Below, piece by piece: positions 19,123 to 29,386 of a DNA stretch of 64,000 nucleotides. A program made the position numbers and the translations under genes. The notes beneath the pieces are model-generated. The model was not told the origin of the DNA, did no database searches, and was given only the letters and a program-made list of their open reading frames with translations. The stretch lies in the NCBI GenBank assembly GCA_030524345.1, contig JAUNGP010000007.1, positions 6,104 through 70,103 of the forward strand. Direction: 5' to 3'. How positions within the stretch are numbered: position 1 is the stretch's first letter; every line of letters begins with the position of its first letter. Source of the DNA: Clostridia bacterium (lineage in GTDB: Bacteria; Bacillota; Clostridia; TANB77; CAG-465).

Positions 19123-19428
19123 ATGAACTACAATTATAAAGAGGGAAATTTAGTGATCATGTTAGATGAAGATTTAGATATGAATTCATGTAAATATTTG
19201 AGGGCTATTATAGATGGATACATTATGCGTTATCAACCTAAAAATTTCATACTAGATTTAAGTTTGGTAAAATTTATGGATAGTAGTGGTATTGGATTGA
19301 TTATAGGGAGATATAATCTTTTAAAATTAATTGATTCAAGTATGACAATTGTTAATCCTACCAATAGTATAAAAAGAGTGTTGGAATTGTCTAATGTATC
19401 GAAGGACATAGTTATGAGGAGTGAATAA
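19123..19428 (+). CDS. spoIIAA: Anti-sigma-F factor antagonist (STAS domain)
   Basis: Start set at MNYNYKEG after GAGGTGG. Contains the phosphorylatable DSSG motif (FMDSSGIGLIIGRY). Confidence 0.85.
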   Translation: MNYNYKEGNLVIMLDEDLDMNSCKYLRAIIDGYIMRYQPKNFILDLSLVKFMDSSGIGLIIGRYNLLKLIDSSMTIVNPTNSIKRVLELSNVSKDIVMRSE

Positions 19429-19429
19429 A

Positions 19430-19888
19430 ATGAATAGTATGACAATAGAAATTAAAGCATTACTTGAAAATGTGGCCACTGTCAGAGTTGCCATATCTTC
19501 TTTCATTTCAAATCTAGATATAACAATCGATGAGCTTATGGATGTAAAAACAGCTGTATCCGAAGCTGTCACTAACTCAGTAGAACATGGTTATGATGGG
19601 ATATTAGATGATGAATCGACAGTCATGATTAATGCATATATTATAGCTGATGAAGAAGATATGATAAGAATCGAGGTAATAGATAAAGGAGTTGGAATAG
19701 AAGATATTGAGCTTGCAACTACACCTACTTATACTTCTAAACCGGAACTAGAGCATGCTGGTATGGGATTTACAATTATGGAAAGCTTTATGGATGAAAT
19801 TGTCATTGATTCTAGTAAAAATGAGGGAACAAAAATAACGATGAATAAAAAGTTAAAAAAGAAAAAGTCAAGAGAAATTTCAGTATGA
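19430..19888 (+). CDS. spoIIAB: Anti-sigma-F factor / serine kinase
   Basis: L.E.KT.VSEAVTN...HGY, KPELE.AGMGFTIME.FMD...IDS match B. subtilis SpoIIAB closely from memory. Confidence 0.9.
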   Translation: MNSMTIEIKALLENVATVRVAISSFISNLDITIDELMDVKTAVSEAVTNSVEHGYDGILDDESTVMINAYIIADEEDMIRIEVIDKGVGIEDIELATTPTYTSKPELEHAGMGFTIMESFMDEIVIDSSKNEGTKITMNKKLKKKKSREISV

Positions 19889-19934
19889 TTGAAATTTATA
19901 TCAAAATTTGTTAAAATAAATATGGTGAATTTTT

Positions 19935-20816
19935 ATGCAAAGAAAAGATATATTAAGAAGATATTTAGCACATCATGAAAGTGTTAGGGTAATTGTAATA
20001 GATGGGACTAATATGGTCGAGAAAGCAAGAGACATACATGGATTATCAAATGTAGCAACTGCTTCTCTTGGAAGAACAATGATGATTTCAACCATCATGT
20101 CTAGTATGTTTAAGGAAGCTTCAGATAAGTTGACTATACAAATAAAAGGTGATGGACCAATTGGAAATATTGTTGTATGCGGTGATAATTCTTTAAAAAT
20201 GAAAGGTTATGTTACAAATCCAAATGTTGAATTGCCTTTAAATAGTAAAGGAAAACTAGATGTTGCAGGAGCAGTAGGAAAGGGAGATCTTACTGTTATC
20301 AAGGACATAGGTTTAAAAGAGCCGTATATAGGAAATTGTGAACTCTTATCCTCTGAAATAGCTGAAGATTTTGCATATTTCTTTGCAAGCTCGGAGCAAA
20401 CCCCATCTGTTGTTTCTTTGGGTGTCAACATTGGTAAAGATAATCATGTACAAAAGGCATGTGGATATATCATACAACCATTACCAGACTGTGATCAAAA
20501 GATAATTGACTTACTTGAGAGTATCAACTTAAATATTCCAAGTGTTTCTTCACTTATGACTGATATAGAACAACTTGATGAAGTAGCAAAAACGATAACA
20601 GGAGATAATCAGATAGAGTTTCTTGAAGAAGATTATCCAATATACCAATGTGACTGCTCTAGTGAAAGAATAGAAAAGACGATCATTGCTTTAGGTGAAG
20701 ATGAGGCCATTAAAATATTAGAAGAAAATCATGGAATATTAGAACTTACTTGTAATTTTTGCAACAAATCATATCAATATAATAAGAATCAAGTTCAAAA
20801 GTTATTTCATAAATAA
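19935..20816 (+). CDS. hslO: Redox-regulated chaperone Hsp33
   Basis: C-terminal zinc centre C-x-C (CDCS) plus C-x-x-C (CNFC). ~290 aa. Confidence 0.85.
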   Translation: MQRKDILRRYLAHHESVRVIVIDGTNMVEKARDIHGLSNVATASLGRTMMISTIMSSMFKEASDKLTIQIKGDGPIGNIVVCGDNSLKMKGYVTNPNVELPLNSKGKLDVAGAVGKGDLTVIKDIGLKEPYIGNCELLSSEIAEDFAYFFASSEQTPSVVSLGVNIGKDNHVQKACGYIIQPLPDCDQKIIDLLESINLNIPSVSSLMTDIEQLDEVAKTITGDNQIEFLEEDYPIYQCDCSSERIEKTIIALGEDEAIKILEENHGILELTCNFCNKSYQYNKNQVQKLFHK

Positions 20817-20920
20817 TAAGTGACAGATATTTGTATATCAATACAGATATCTGTTATGTTGTATTTTTGATTGAATTATGTTAAAATAAAATTAGATTTA
20901 ATGAAAAGGAGAGAGAGTAT

Positions 20921-21604
20921 ATGGATATAATAGTATCAGGAAGTGCAAGCCAAAAATTTAAGCCAGATGAGGTTACTATCAATCTCACATTTTTGGTTCA
21001 TGAAAAGACTTATGAAAAGGCGTTAGAAGAGGGGGCAAAGTGTGTAGATGAATTTATTAAAATGGCTTTAGAAAAACTTGAAATGTCAAAAGAATGTTTT
21101 AAAACGAGTAGATTTTATGTATCAGAAGTCAATAGATATAATCCTACAACCCAAAAGAGAGTGTTTGATGGTTATAGTTTTAATCAGTATTCATATATCA
21201 AATTTGACTATGATGTTAAAATTGTAACTAAGTTTATGGATTTGGTATCAAGCTTAAAAAATCCACCTAATTATGTACTTAATTTTAATATCAAGGATAT
21301 GGATAGATGTAAAAATATAGTTTTAGCCGAAGCATATAATAAAGCTAAAGAAAAAGCGGAAGTAATTGCTTTAGCTTCCGGGAAAAAATTAATCGATTGT
21401 TTAAAGGTGGATTTTAAACCTTTTACTGAGCATCTGATTAGTGATACTTCTTTTCGAAATACAGATTTTGGATTAGGTACTAATATGGAAAAGACAAGTA
21501 TCGGTAAAGCAAAACAATCTCTTGCAGATACTCTTGAGAGAAATTTTACACCTGAAGATGTATGTGTAAAAGAAACTATATATTGTCTATGGACGGCAGA
21601 GTAG
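20921..21604 (+). CDS. SIMPL/DUF541-like protein
   Basis: The N-terminus (I.VSGSAS....PDEVTINL) and the size resemble the SIMPL family. This is weak recall only. Confidence 0.4.
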   Translation: MDIIVSGSASQKFKPDEVTINLTFLVHEKTYEKALEEGAKCVDEFIKMALEKLEMSKECFKTSRFYVSEVNRYNPTTQKRVFDGYSFNQYSYIKFDYDVKIVTKFMDLVSSLKNPPNYVLNFNIKDMDRCKNIVLAEAYNKAKEKAEVIALASGKKLIDCLKVDFKPFTEHLISDTSFRNTDFGLGTNMEKTSIGKAKQSLADTLERNFTPEDVCVKETIYCLWTAE

Positions 21605-21669
21605 TAAGCTAAAAGTAGGTCTTTTGATCTACTTTTCAAGTGTTTATTAATGAATTTTAGGAGAAAGAT

Positions 21670-22599
21670 ATGAATTATATAGTTGATAAAGAAGATGCAA
21701 GAAAAAGACTTGATATTTATATTTCAGAAAAAGATGAGACTGTTACACGAAGCTATGTTAAAAATTTAATTGATGATGGTAGAATTCTTGTAAATGGTGT
21801 TTTACAAAAATCTGGTTATAAAGTAAAGGAATCAGATATTATTTTAGTGGACAAGCCAAAAGATGAAGCACTTGATGTAATTCCAGAAGATATCAAGGTA
21901 GATATCATATATGAAGATAACGATATTATTATTGTAAATAAAGAAAAAGGGATGGTAGTTCATCCTGCAAATGGAAATTATACAGGAACTTTAGTCAACT
22001 CACTCATGTATTCTCATAGAAATGAATTGTCTTCTATAAATGGCACGATAAGGCCAGGAATTGTACATAGAATTGATAAAGATACAAGTGGAATATTAGT
22101 TGTGGCAAAAAATGATAAAGCTCATAAAAAGCTATCTGAGGATTTTAAAGAGCATCATATTAATAGGAAGTATGTAGCATTGGTGAAGGGGATTGTAAAG
22201 GAAGATGAATTTACAATTGATTTACCAATTGGCAGAAGTCCAAAAGATCGAAAAAAAATGGCTGTTGTATATACAAATAGTAGAAGAGCTGTGACGCATA
22301 TAAGAGTATTGAAACGATTTTATTCATCTCAAGTTACTTTGGTTGAAGCTACTTTAGAAACTGGTAGAACGCACCAAATAAGGGTGCATATGTCATATAT
22401 GCACCATCCGTTAGTTGGGGATGAAATATATGGTAAAAAGGATTCAAAGTGGAAAATCAATGGTCAAATGTTACATGCAAAATTACTTGGGATTACTCAT
22501 CCAAGTACAGGAAAATATATGGAGTTTGAGTCAGATATTCCAAGCGAATTTAAAGAATTGTTGGAAAAACTAGAAAAGAAAGAAGAAAAATATGATTAG
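21670..22599 (+). CDS. rluD: RluA/RluD-family 23S rRNA pseudouridine synthase
   Basis: N-terminal S4 domain. Catalytic HRIDKDTSGILVVAKN, plus GRTHQIRVH. Confidence 0.85.
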   Translation: MNYIVDKEDARKRLDIYISEKDETVTRSYVKNLIDDGRILVNGVLQKSGYKVKESDIILVDKPKDEALDVIPEDIKVDIIYEDNDIIIVNKEKGMVVHPANGNYTGTLVNSLMYSHRNELSSINGTIRPGIVHRIDKDTSGILVVAKNDKAHKKLSEDFKEHHINRKYVALVKGIVKEDEFTIDLPIGRSPKDRKKMAVVYTNSRRAVTHIRVLKRFYSSQVTLVEATLETGRTHQIRVHMSYMHHPLVGDEIYGKKDSKWKINGQMLHAKLLGITHPSTGKYMEFESDIPSEFKELLEKLEKKEEKYD

Positions 22600-23263
22600 A
22601 TTAAATAAGTATATTGCTTCCTCTGGGATATGTTCTAGAAGAAAAGCAGATGAGTTAATAGAAAGTGGTAAAGTCAAAGTAAATGGGATTGTTATAGCAA
22701 CAATGGGGTATCAAGTTAATGAAAAAACAGATGTGGTAGAAGTAAATGAAAAAAAGGTATATTTAGATGATAAAAAAGTATATATTATGCTGAATAAACC
22801 GAAAGGATATGTAACAACGAATAGTGAACAGTTTAGCAGGCCAAGCACGAAAGATTTAATTAAAGAAGAAATCCGAGTATTTCCTATTGGAAGGCTTGAT
22901 ATGAATACAGAAGGATTACTTCTTTTGACAAATGATGGAGAGTTTGCAAATAAATTAATGCATCCAAAAAATAAAATAGAAAAGACATATATTGTAACTT
23001 TAAAAAGTCCAGTAACAAACGGGCAAATAGAAATGTTAAAAAATGGCGTAAATATTGGTGATTATGTCACAAAGCCAGCTAAAGTAAGACGCATTTCTGA
23101 TATGGAGTTAGAAATCAAAATTAGTGAGGGGAAAAATAGACAAATTAGAAGAATGTGTGAAGTAGTAAATGCAGAGCTTATCAATTTAAAAAGGGTACAG
23201 ATTGGAAATTTAAAACTTGGGAAATATAAATTTTTAACATTTCATGAGATTAGTAATATTTAA
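22592..23263 (+). CDS. RsuA/RluB-family pseudouridine synthase
   Basis: S4 domain (RLNKYIA..GI.SRR.AD.LI..G.V.VNG). Catalytic GRLD..TEGLLLLTNDG, plus EGKNRQIRRM. Overlaps the rluD stop by 8 nt. Confidence 0.85.
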   Translation: MIRLNKYIASSGICSRRKADELIESGKVKVNGIVIATMGYQVNEKTDVVEVNEKKVYLDDKKVYIMLNKPKGYVTTNSEQFSRPSTKDLIKEEIRVFPIGRLDMNTEGLLLLTNDGEFANKLMHPKNKIEKTYIVTLKSPVTNGQIEMLKNGVNIGDYVTKPAKVRRISDMELEIKISEGKNRQIRRMCEVVNAELINLKRVQIGNLKLGKYKFLTFHEISNI

Positions 23264-23270
23264 TCAAATT

Positions 23271-23297
23271 AAGACTATACTGATAATGTATAGTCTT
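23271..23297. terminator. Bidirectional hairpin between the convergent pseudouridine synthase gene (22592-23263) and rpsU
   Basis: aagactatac / gtatagtctt is a perfect 10-bp stem. Confidence 0.7.
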
Positions 23298-23328
23298 AAA
23301 AATATATATCAATGTAAAATAATTCAAA

Positions 23329-23502
23329 TTAATGTTTTCTTTTCCTAGCAGCTTCTGATTTCTTTTTTCTCTTTACACTAGGCTTTTCGTAATGCTCTCT
23401 TTTACGTATTTCAGCAAGAACGCCATATTTGGCACATTGTTTTTTAAATCTAGCTAAAGCATTATCTAAGCTTTCATTATCTTTTATTTTTATACCTGGC
23501 AT
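23329..23502 (-). CDS. rpsU: 30S ribosomal protein S21 (not in the ORF track; 57 aa)
   Basis: My translation is [60 protein letters not shown] is GGAGGGAGG. Confidence 0.93.
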   Translation of the reverse strand: MPGIKIKDNESLDNALARFKKQCAKYGVLAEIRKREHYEKPSVKRKKKSEAARKRKH

Positions 23503-23743
23503 TTCTTTTCCCTCCCTCCAGTTGGGAAATACTTTTGTCTATATATCATTTTATAAGTATTTCTAAATTTACTATTAAATTATACAATAGTTTACTGTAT
23601 AAGTCAAGTAAAATAGGTTTAAAACAGGAAAAAAGCTAAAATATGAACAGAAAATGGAAATTAAGTTTATATAAAATATTCTATTGACTAAAAAATCAAA
23701 TTAATATATAATTATTGAAGTATTTAAAAAGGAGATAATAAAA

Positions 23744-24973
23744 TTGGATGATCAAAATGAAAAAATAAAACTTAATAAAGCAAAGATACTTACCGTGTCT
23801 ATTACAATATCTCTTACGATATTATTTACTACAATATTAGTTGGTGCCTTAGTAATTGTGGTTAGGCCTATATTGAAAACAGACATAAAGTCTTCAAACA
23901 ATACAAATTCAGCATATTTGAAAAGAATTGAATATGCATTGGATGAAATATCAGAAAAATATGTGGAAGATGTGGACATGGATACCCTTGTAAATGGTGC
24001 AATATCAGGAATTGCAAATGCTACTGGAGATCCATATACTAGGTATATATCAGAAGAAGAATATCAAGAAATGTTAGATTCTAGTGTTAAGCCATATAGC
24101 GGAATAGGTGTACATTTAACATTTGATACTGAAACATCTGGAATTGAAATACTTGGTATCATGCCGGATTCACCAGCAACTAAAGTAGATTTAAAAATAG
24201 GTGATATTATACTTAAAGTAGAAGATATAACTGTAAGTCTTGAGACATATCAAGACTGTGTTGATGCCATAAAGGGAGAAGCTGGAACTTCTGTAAAGCT
24301 TGTTATAAAACGTGGAGATGAATTATTAGAACGTGAAGTGGTAAGAGAAAGTATTGTCGCTAACAATATTGAATCTGAAATCTTAGATGGAAATATTGGA
24401 TATATTAAAATTTGGCAATTTGATAATGGAATTTATGAACAATTTAAAACAGAATATAATAAATTAAGAGATCAAAATATAAAAGGATTGGTTATAGATG
24501 TAAGAAATAATCCAGGGGGACTTGTATCAGACACTTTAAATATTGCAAGACTTATGTTACCGAAGTGCGAACTATTAAAATTAGTATATAAAGATGGTTC
24601 TGAGAAAGTTTATGAATGTGATGGTAAACATGAAATAGACATTCCGCTTGTTATATTAGTTAACTCAAGAAGTGCTAGTGCATCTGAAATCCTATCAGGA
24701 GCAATCAAAGATTCTGGAAAAGGGATTGTTATTGGAACAACAACTTATGGAAAGGGAATCGTACAAACAATTGAACCTTTAGGAAATAACGGCGCATTAT
24801 CTATTACTACCTCTAAATATTATACTTCTAGTGGAGTAGAAATTCATAAAAAAGGAATAGAACCAAATATAGTAGTAGAATTACCAGAAGAAGTAAAAAA
24901 TGACCTTACAATTGTAAGAGATAAAGATACGCAATTGAATGAAGCAATTAATTATATAAATAGTAAAAATTAA
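23744..24973 (+). CDS. ctpA: S41 carboxy-terminal processing protease with PDZ domain (CtpA/CtpB-like)
   Basis: N-terminal anchor, PDZ (GD.I..V), VIDVRNNPGG, SASASEI. Apparent TTG start. Confidence 0.85.
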   Translation: MDDQNEKIKLNKAKILTVSITISLTILFTTILVGALVIVVRPILKTDIKSSNNTNSAYLKRIEYALDEISEKYVEDVDMDTLVNGAISGIANATGDPYTRYISEEEYQEMLDSSVKPYSGIGVHLTFDTETSGIEILGIMPDSPATKVDLKIGDIILKVEDITVSLETYQDCVDAIKGEAGTSVKLVIKRGDELLEREVVRESIVANNIESEILDGNIGYIKIWQFDNGIYEQFKTEYNKLRDQNIKGLVIDVRNNPGGLVSDTLNIARLMLPKCELLKLVYKDGSEKVYECDGKHEIDIPLVILVNSRSASASEILSGAIKDSGKGIVIGTTTYGKGIVQTIEPLGNNGALSITTSKYYTSSGVEIHKKGIEPNIVVELPEEVKNDLTIVRDKDTQLNEAINYINSKN

Positions 24974-25092
24974 ATGTAATAAAAATATAACATTTGAAAA
25001 AAACAGGTGTTATATTTTAATTTATTACATAAAATAATAGTAAAAAGTTTACATATTTTTGTAATATTAAAGGTAAAACATATTTTGGTCTT

Positions 25093-25121
25093 TTGACATC
25101 ATGTATAAAAAATGATATAAT
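25093..25121 (+). promoter_or_regulatory. Consensus SigA promoter of veg
   Basis: TTGACA at 25093-25098, a 17-nt spacer, TATAAT at 25116-25121. Confidence 0.7.
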
Positions 25122-25154
25122 CTGACACATAAGAGAGGCTTATAGGTGATTATT

Positions 25155-25439
25155 ATGGTTTCAAAAGATTCACTACTTAAAATTAAGCAAGATGTTGAAA
25201 ATTATATTGGACAAGAAATCTTTGTAAAGGCAAACGTTGGAAGAAATAAGTGCATTTATAGAAAAGGTGTTATTGATAGTACATATACTAACTTATTTGT
25301 CTTTAAAGAAAGCGATACCGATAACAAACTTTCTTATGGATATGCAGACTTAGTAACAAATACATTAGAGCTTAGCTTACCTTCTGGTGAGCCAATTGCA
25401 AGGTATGATTTCTCTACACCTAAATATACTAGGTTATAG
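25155..25439 (+). CDS. veg: Veg protein (DUF1021)
   Basis: L..IK.....IG..I..KAN.GR.K......G.I...Y...F........SY.YAD..T..LEL matches B. subtilis Veg as I recall it. Confidence 0.8.
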   Translation: MVSKDSLLKIKQDVENYIGQEIFVKANVGRNKCIYRKGVIDSTYTNLFVFKESDTDNKLSYGYADLVTNTLELSLPSGEPIARYDFSTPKYTRL

Positions 25440-25473
25440 AGCGATTATAAGGGGTATATATAATATATAAAAG

Positions 25474-25508
25474 GAGAATACACAATAGATGGGTGTATTC
25501 TCTTTTTG
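25474..25508 (+). terminator. Rho-independent terminator after veg
   Basis: gagaatacac / gtgtattctc stem followed by a T-run. Confidence 0.8.
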
Positions 25509-25687
25509 TTATATTCAAGGAGATTATATAGTTTTTGTATACTAGTATATCATGATAGTTTAAAGATAAGTTATCTAATGTTAAATATTTAACTAATATA
25601 TATTATGATGTAAAAAACTTTGTGTGACAAGTAATAAATTAAAACATTTTACCATATATTGTAATATAGTTATAAGGAGGATTAGAA

Positions 25688-27220
25688 ATGTCTTTAAATA
25701 TAGAAAGGAAGTCTTTAAATTTAAATCAATGCGTCGTAAACAAAAATATGAGTGCGTGGGTAGAACAAGATATTATAGTGCCAGATTCCATGCCAGATGC
25801 AGTGAAAATAGTAACTGTTATGGCCACTCCATATATTAGTAATGTGGAAAATATGGAAACAAAAATGAAAGTAAGTGGAAAAATCAATTATTTTATTATT
25901 TATAATGTAAATGATGAGAAATTTATATCAAGAGGTTTATACGTATCATATCCATATACAGAAATCTTAGATGTCGATGACGTTGAAAAAGATGCAATGG
26001 TTACTATTATTCCAATATGTAAAAATGTCATTTATTCATTGCCAAATGAGAGGAAAATATCTACGAAATGCGAGATATTATTTAAAATTGCAGCAAAAAA
26101 GCAGGTCATTACTGATGTTATTAATAAATTCGCTGATGAGGATATGATAGAATGTAAGATGTGTAAAGGAAAGTTTAATAATATTAAACAATGTAAGAAA
26201 AGTATTATAGCTGCTAAAGAGGATGTAATACTTCCAAAAGATTCCAACCAAATGTTTGAAATATTAAAAGCTGATCCAAAAATAAAAAATACAGAATATA
26301 AAGAAAGTTATAATAAAATTATGGTTAAGGGGGATATTGAAGTAATATTATTATACCTTTCTGATAGTAGTGATAACCAAATCAATAAAGTTAGTATTAC
26401 TGTGCCCTTTTCTTCAATGATAGAACTTGATAATATAAGGGATAATTCTAAGTTTGATATATCATATATTTTACAAGACTTTGATATAAAAGTAAATCCA
26501 GATATTGATTCTAGAACTGTAAGTGCCAATTATCAAATTGAAGCAAATGTTACTATGTTTGAAGATGAGGAAATCGAATATGTGGAGGATTTTTATAGTC
26601 AAACAAGAGAATTAAAATATGACGAGAATCGAGTTCAAGTTGTAAAAAAAGATATCAATGTTTTAAAAAGATTAGACATCAGAGAAAATATCAATAATAT
26701 TATTCCGGAGGATATGAGGTTGATAGATTATAATATCGATACAAGTTATATTACTACGGAAACTGTTGGAAGTACAGTTAGTGTTGATGGAACAATTAAA
26801 TTAAATTTATTATTGCAAGATCAAAATACATTTGAACTTGAGAGTAAAAGTGTAGATGTAATAGTAAATGAAAAATTTGAGCTTGAAAATGTTGGAGAAA
26901 CACAAAATGTATATGTGAGTATCATTGATAAGAGTGGGACCGTTACACAAAGTGGCAATGATATAGAGATGAGAGTTATATTAGATGTTGGGGCATTCAT
27001 TGAAGATGTTGCAAACATGAGTATTATTGATAAAATAGAAGAGTCAGAATTGGACCTTAGTAGTATCAATAGTATTAATATTTATATCGTAAAGCCTGGA
27101 GATACACTTTGGAATATCGCTAAGAAATATAAAACTAGTGTTGAAAAGATTGTCATGACTAATAATATAGAAAATCCAGATGTAATAGATGTTGGGGACA
27201 AATTATTAATTATTAGATAA
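25688..27220 (+). CDS. DUF3794 (SPOCS) + C-terminal LysM sporulation protein, SipL/SpoVID-like
   Basis: C-terminal LysM (YIVKPGDTLWNIAKKY......I...N.I.NPD.I.VGDKLLI). Size (510 aa) and position after veg resemble C. difficile SipL. The assignment rests on architecture and synteny recall. Confidence 0.55.
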   Translation: MSLNIERKSLNLNQCVVNKNMSAWVEQDIIVPDSMPDAVKIVTVMATPYISNVENMETKMKVSGKINYFIIYNVNDEKFISRGLYVSYPYTEILDVDDVEKDAMVTIIPICKNVIYSLPNERKISTKCEILFKIAAKKQVITDVINKFADEDMIECKMCKGKFNNIKQCKKSIIAAKEDVILPKDSNQMFEILKADPKIKNTEYKESYNKIMVKGDIEVILLYLSDSSDNQINKVSITVPFSSMIELDNIRDNSKFDISYILQDFDIKVNPDIDSRTVSANYQIEANVTMFEDEEIEYVEDFYSQTRELKYDENRVQVVKKDINVLKRLDIRENINNIIPEDMRLIDYNIDTSYITTETVGSTVSVDGTIKLNLLLQDQNTFELESKSVDVIVNEKFELENVGETQNVYVSIIDKSGTVTQSGNDIEMRVILDVGAFIEDVANMSIIDKIEESELDLSSINSINIYIVKPGDTLWNIAKKYKTSVEKIVMTNNIENPDVIDVGDKLLIIR

Positions 27221-27910
27221 ATGAGACTTAAGTATTATATAGTAACATTAAGACAAATGAAGATAAAAAAATCATTTGTCTTTTTTTCTTTCTTAATGCT
27301 CGTCATATTATTAATAACATCTATTCATTACAAAAAAATTGAAGGTTCATTAATAGAAATATGTCAATCTAACGCCCATTCTATTGCTTTAAAATGTACA
27401 GAGGATGCAATTAATGAAAATATCCAAGATATTACTTATTCAAGTATCATCAATCTAGAAAAAAATAGCGAAGGAAAAATAGTAGCAATTACTTCAAATG
27501 TAAACGAATTAAATAGATTATCTAATAAGCTAATTACATCTGTAGAAGAAAATTTACAAAAGAATCAAACAAGTAAGATAGAGATTCCAATAGGAACGTT
27601 ACTTGGTAGTAAAGCACTTGGGGGATATGGGATGAAAGTTAAAGTAAAAACCTTCCCCATTGGAGATACTAATATAGAATATATGTCATATTTTGATAAT
27701 GTTGGGATCAATCAGACTAGACATAGAATTATAGTAAAAGTAAGTTCACAAGTAAAAGTGATAGCACCTTTTTATACTGCATTAGATGAATATTCTAAAG
27801 AGGTTGTTTTAGCAGAAACTGTTTTGATAGGTGAAATTCCAAGTTCGTATTATAATATCAGTGGAGTAGAAAATTTAGAAAGTAGAGATATACTAACAGT
27901 TGGAGAATAG
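27221..27910 (+). CDS. yunB: Sporulation protein YunB
   Basis: N-terminal TM segment. IEIPIGTLLGS..LGG.G..V.V...P.G, GINQTRH.I, and a C-terminal AETVLIGEIPSSYY are typical of the YunB family. Confidence 0.65.
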   Translation: MRLKYYIVTLRQMKIKKSFVFFSFLMLVILLITSIHYKKIEGSLIEICQSNAHSIALKCTEDAINENIQDITYSSIINLEKNSEGKIVAITSNVNELNRLSNKLITSVEENLQKNQTSKIEIPIGTLLGSKALGGYGMKVKVKTFPIGDTNIEYMSYFDNVGINQTRHRIIVKVSSQVKVIAPFYTALDEYSKEVVLAETVLIGEIPSSYYNISGVENLESRDILTVGE

Positions 27911-27990
27911 ATTACTTAATTGACATAATAGTACAAGTGTGATAAAATATAAAAAAACTAAAAAACTTTTTATAATTAGGAGGAGTTATA

Positions 27991-28548
27991 ATGAAACTAT
28001 TAATTGACGGTTTAGAAAAAAAGGATGGATATTTTGAGATGCCCTTTGAAGCATATGGAATTCTTGGTGAAGATCGGGAGAAACTTATTATCATTGGTAA
28101 TGATTTGGAGGCAAATTTTGAAATTTCTATGCTTCCACAAGAAAGAGGAAGAGGAAAATGCTTTGTCATATATCAGACCCCTTCAAATTTTATGTATAAT
28201 ACCTTAGGCTGTCTAGTCAAATTAAGATGTACTAACAAGAATAATGGAGTTGATTCATTCTATCAATTGGAAGATTTGGATAAAATTGAAGTACTAAGTA
28301 TTGAGACAAAATATGAGGGGGAAGTATTAGTAAGAACAATGATTTTAAAAATTTCCTTGACTTCTGAAAAAGATCATGTGAAAATGATTGTCAATGATGG
28401 AGAGTATTGTACTTATATGTTTTCAGCAAATGGCGTAGACATTGCTCATGCTGAATGCATCAATTTAGAAAAGTTTGAAAGTATAGCGCTCATCAGTTAT
28501 AGAAAAATGGAGAAAGAATTTGAAAAAGTTACAGTAGGTATTGACTAA
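27991..28548 (+). CDS. Hypothetical protein (185 aa)
   Basis: RBS is AGGAGG. No recognisable motif. Confidence 0.5.
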   Translation: MKLLIDGLEKKDGYFEMPFEAYGILGEDREKLIIIGNDLEANFEISMLPQERGRGKCFVIYQTPSNFMYNTLGCLVKLRCTNKNNGVDSFYQLEDLDKIEVLSIETKYEGEVLVRTMILKISLTSEKDHVKMIVNDGEYCTYMFSANGVDIAHAECINLEKFESIALISYRKMEKEFEKVTVGID

Positions 28549-28550
28549 AG

Positions 28551-28586
28551 AAAAGGTCTTAGATAGTATTTTATCTAAGACCTTTT
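28551..28586. terminator. Bidirectional hairpin terminator
   Basis: aaaggtcttagata / tatctaagaccttt is a 14-bp perfect stem flanked by A- and T-runs. Confidence 0.8.
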
Positions 28587-28818
28587 ATACTTCTATTTTT
28601 AAAATTTTATTTTTTAATACTATTTGTTTGATATCCAGATTTTTAATCTCATCTCCAGCTTCGTCACTTAGTCCATTATAGATGATGTTTTCATTTTGCA
28701 TGACTTCTATATTAAATTTTCTAATTTCCTTTATTTTCACTTTTATCACCAAATTCATTATATCATAAATAACATGAATTGTCGATATCATAAAAATGAA
28801 GATAATTAGTACAATCAA
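28585..28818 (-). CDS. Hypothetical small membrane-anchored protein (77 aa)
   Basis: N-terminal hydrophobic segment. The terminator lies just downstream. No obvious strong RBS. Confidence 0.35.
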   Translation of the reverse strand: MIVLIIFIFMISTIHVIYDIMNLVIKVKIKEIRKFNIEVMQNENIIYNGLSDEAGDEIKNLDIKQIVLKNKILKIEV

Positions 28819-28913
28819 AAGATTTCTTGAAAAAATGTAATATAAAGAAAGTATAAGAAATATGTGAAATATATTTATATTATATTGACTTATAATATAT
28901 AAGATGATAAACT

Positions 28914-28930
28914 ATCTAATAGTATTAGAT
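28914..28930. promoter_or_regulatory. Perfect 8-1-8 palindrome (ATCTAATA-G-TATTAGAT), candidate MarR operator
   Basis: Abuts a putative promoter (TTGACT 28885-28890, 17 nt, TAAACT 28908-28913), 17 nt upstream of the MarR start codon. Confidence 0.55.
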
Positions 28931-28946
28931 AAATGGCGGTGATAAA

Positions 28947-29366
28947 ATGAATAGTAGGCAAATAGCAGAAAAGATATTCTATGAACTTGCTAAGGAAAAG
29001 GGTCCTTCTTTAAGGGAAGATTCTCAAGAGTTTAGTAGAGGTGAAAAGGGAGTTCTATTATATTTATCAAAGAGTAATGGTTTGACAGCAGGAGAACTTA
29101 GTGAAAAATTAGGAGTAACAACTGCAAGAATTGCATCACTACTAAATACTTTAGAAAATAAAGGACTCATTATTCGTAATAAAGATATTCAAGATAAAAG
29201 AAAAGTACAGGTATATATTACTGATTCTGGTAAGGATTTATTAGAAGAGCAAAGAGAAAATCTAATTAGGATTATAGAAAAAATAATTGACGAAATGGGT
29301 GAGAAAGATATTAATCAATATATTGAATTAGGAAGAAAGATAAGAGATATCCTAAATAAAATGTAA
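28947..29366 (+). CDS. MarR-family transcriptional regulator
   Basis: Winged-helix core (GLTAGELSEKLGVTTARIASLLNTLE.KGLI.R..D..DKR...V..T..G). Confidence 0.85.
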   Translation: MNSRQIAEKIFYELAKEKGPSLREDSQEFSRGEKGVLLYLSKSNGLTAGELSEKLGVTTARIASLLNTLENKGLIIRNKDIQDKRKVQVYITDSGKDLLEEQRENLIRIIEKIIDEMGEKDINQYIELGRKIRDILNKM

Positions 29367-29386
29367 GTTGATGAAAGGAGTAATAC

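Noticed and set aside
25624-25839. 71-aa ORF overlapping the start of the SipL-like gene in another frame
   Set aside because: It has no RBS. The overlapping frame starting at 25688 has an AAGGAGG RBS and continues for 510 aa with a LysM domain.
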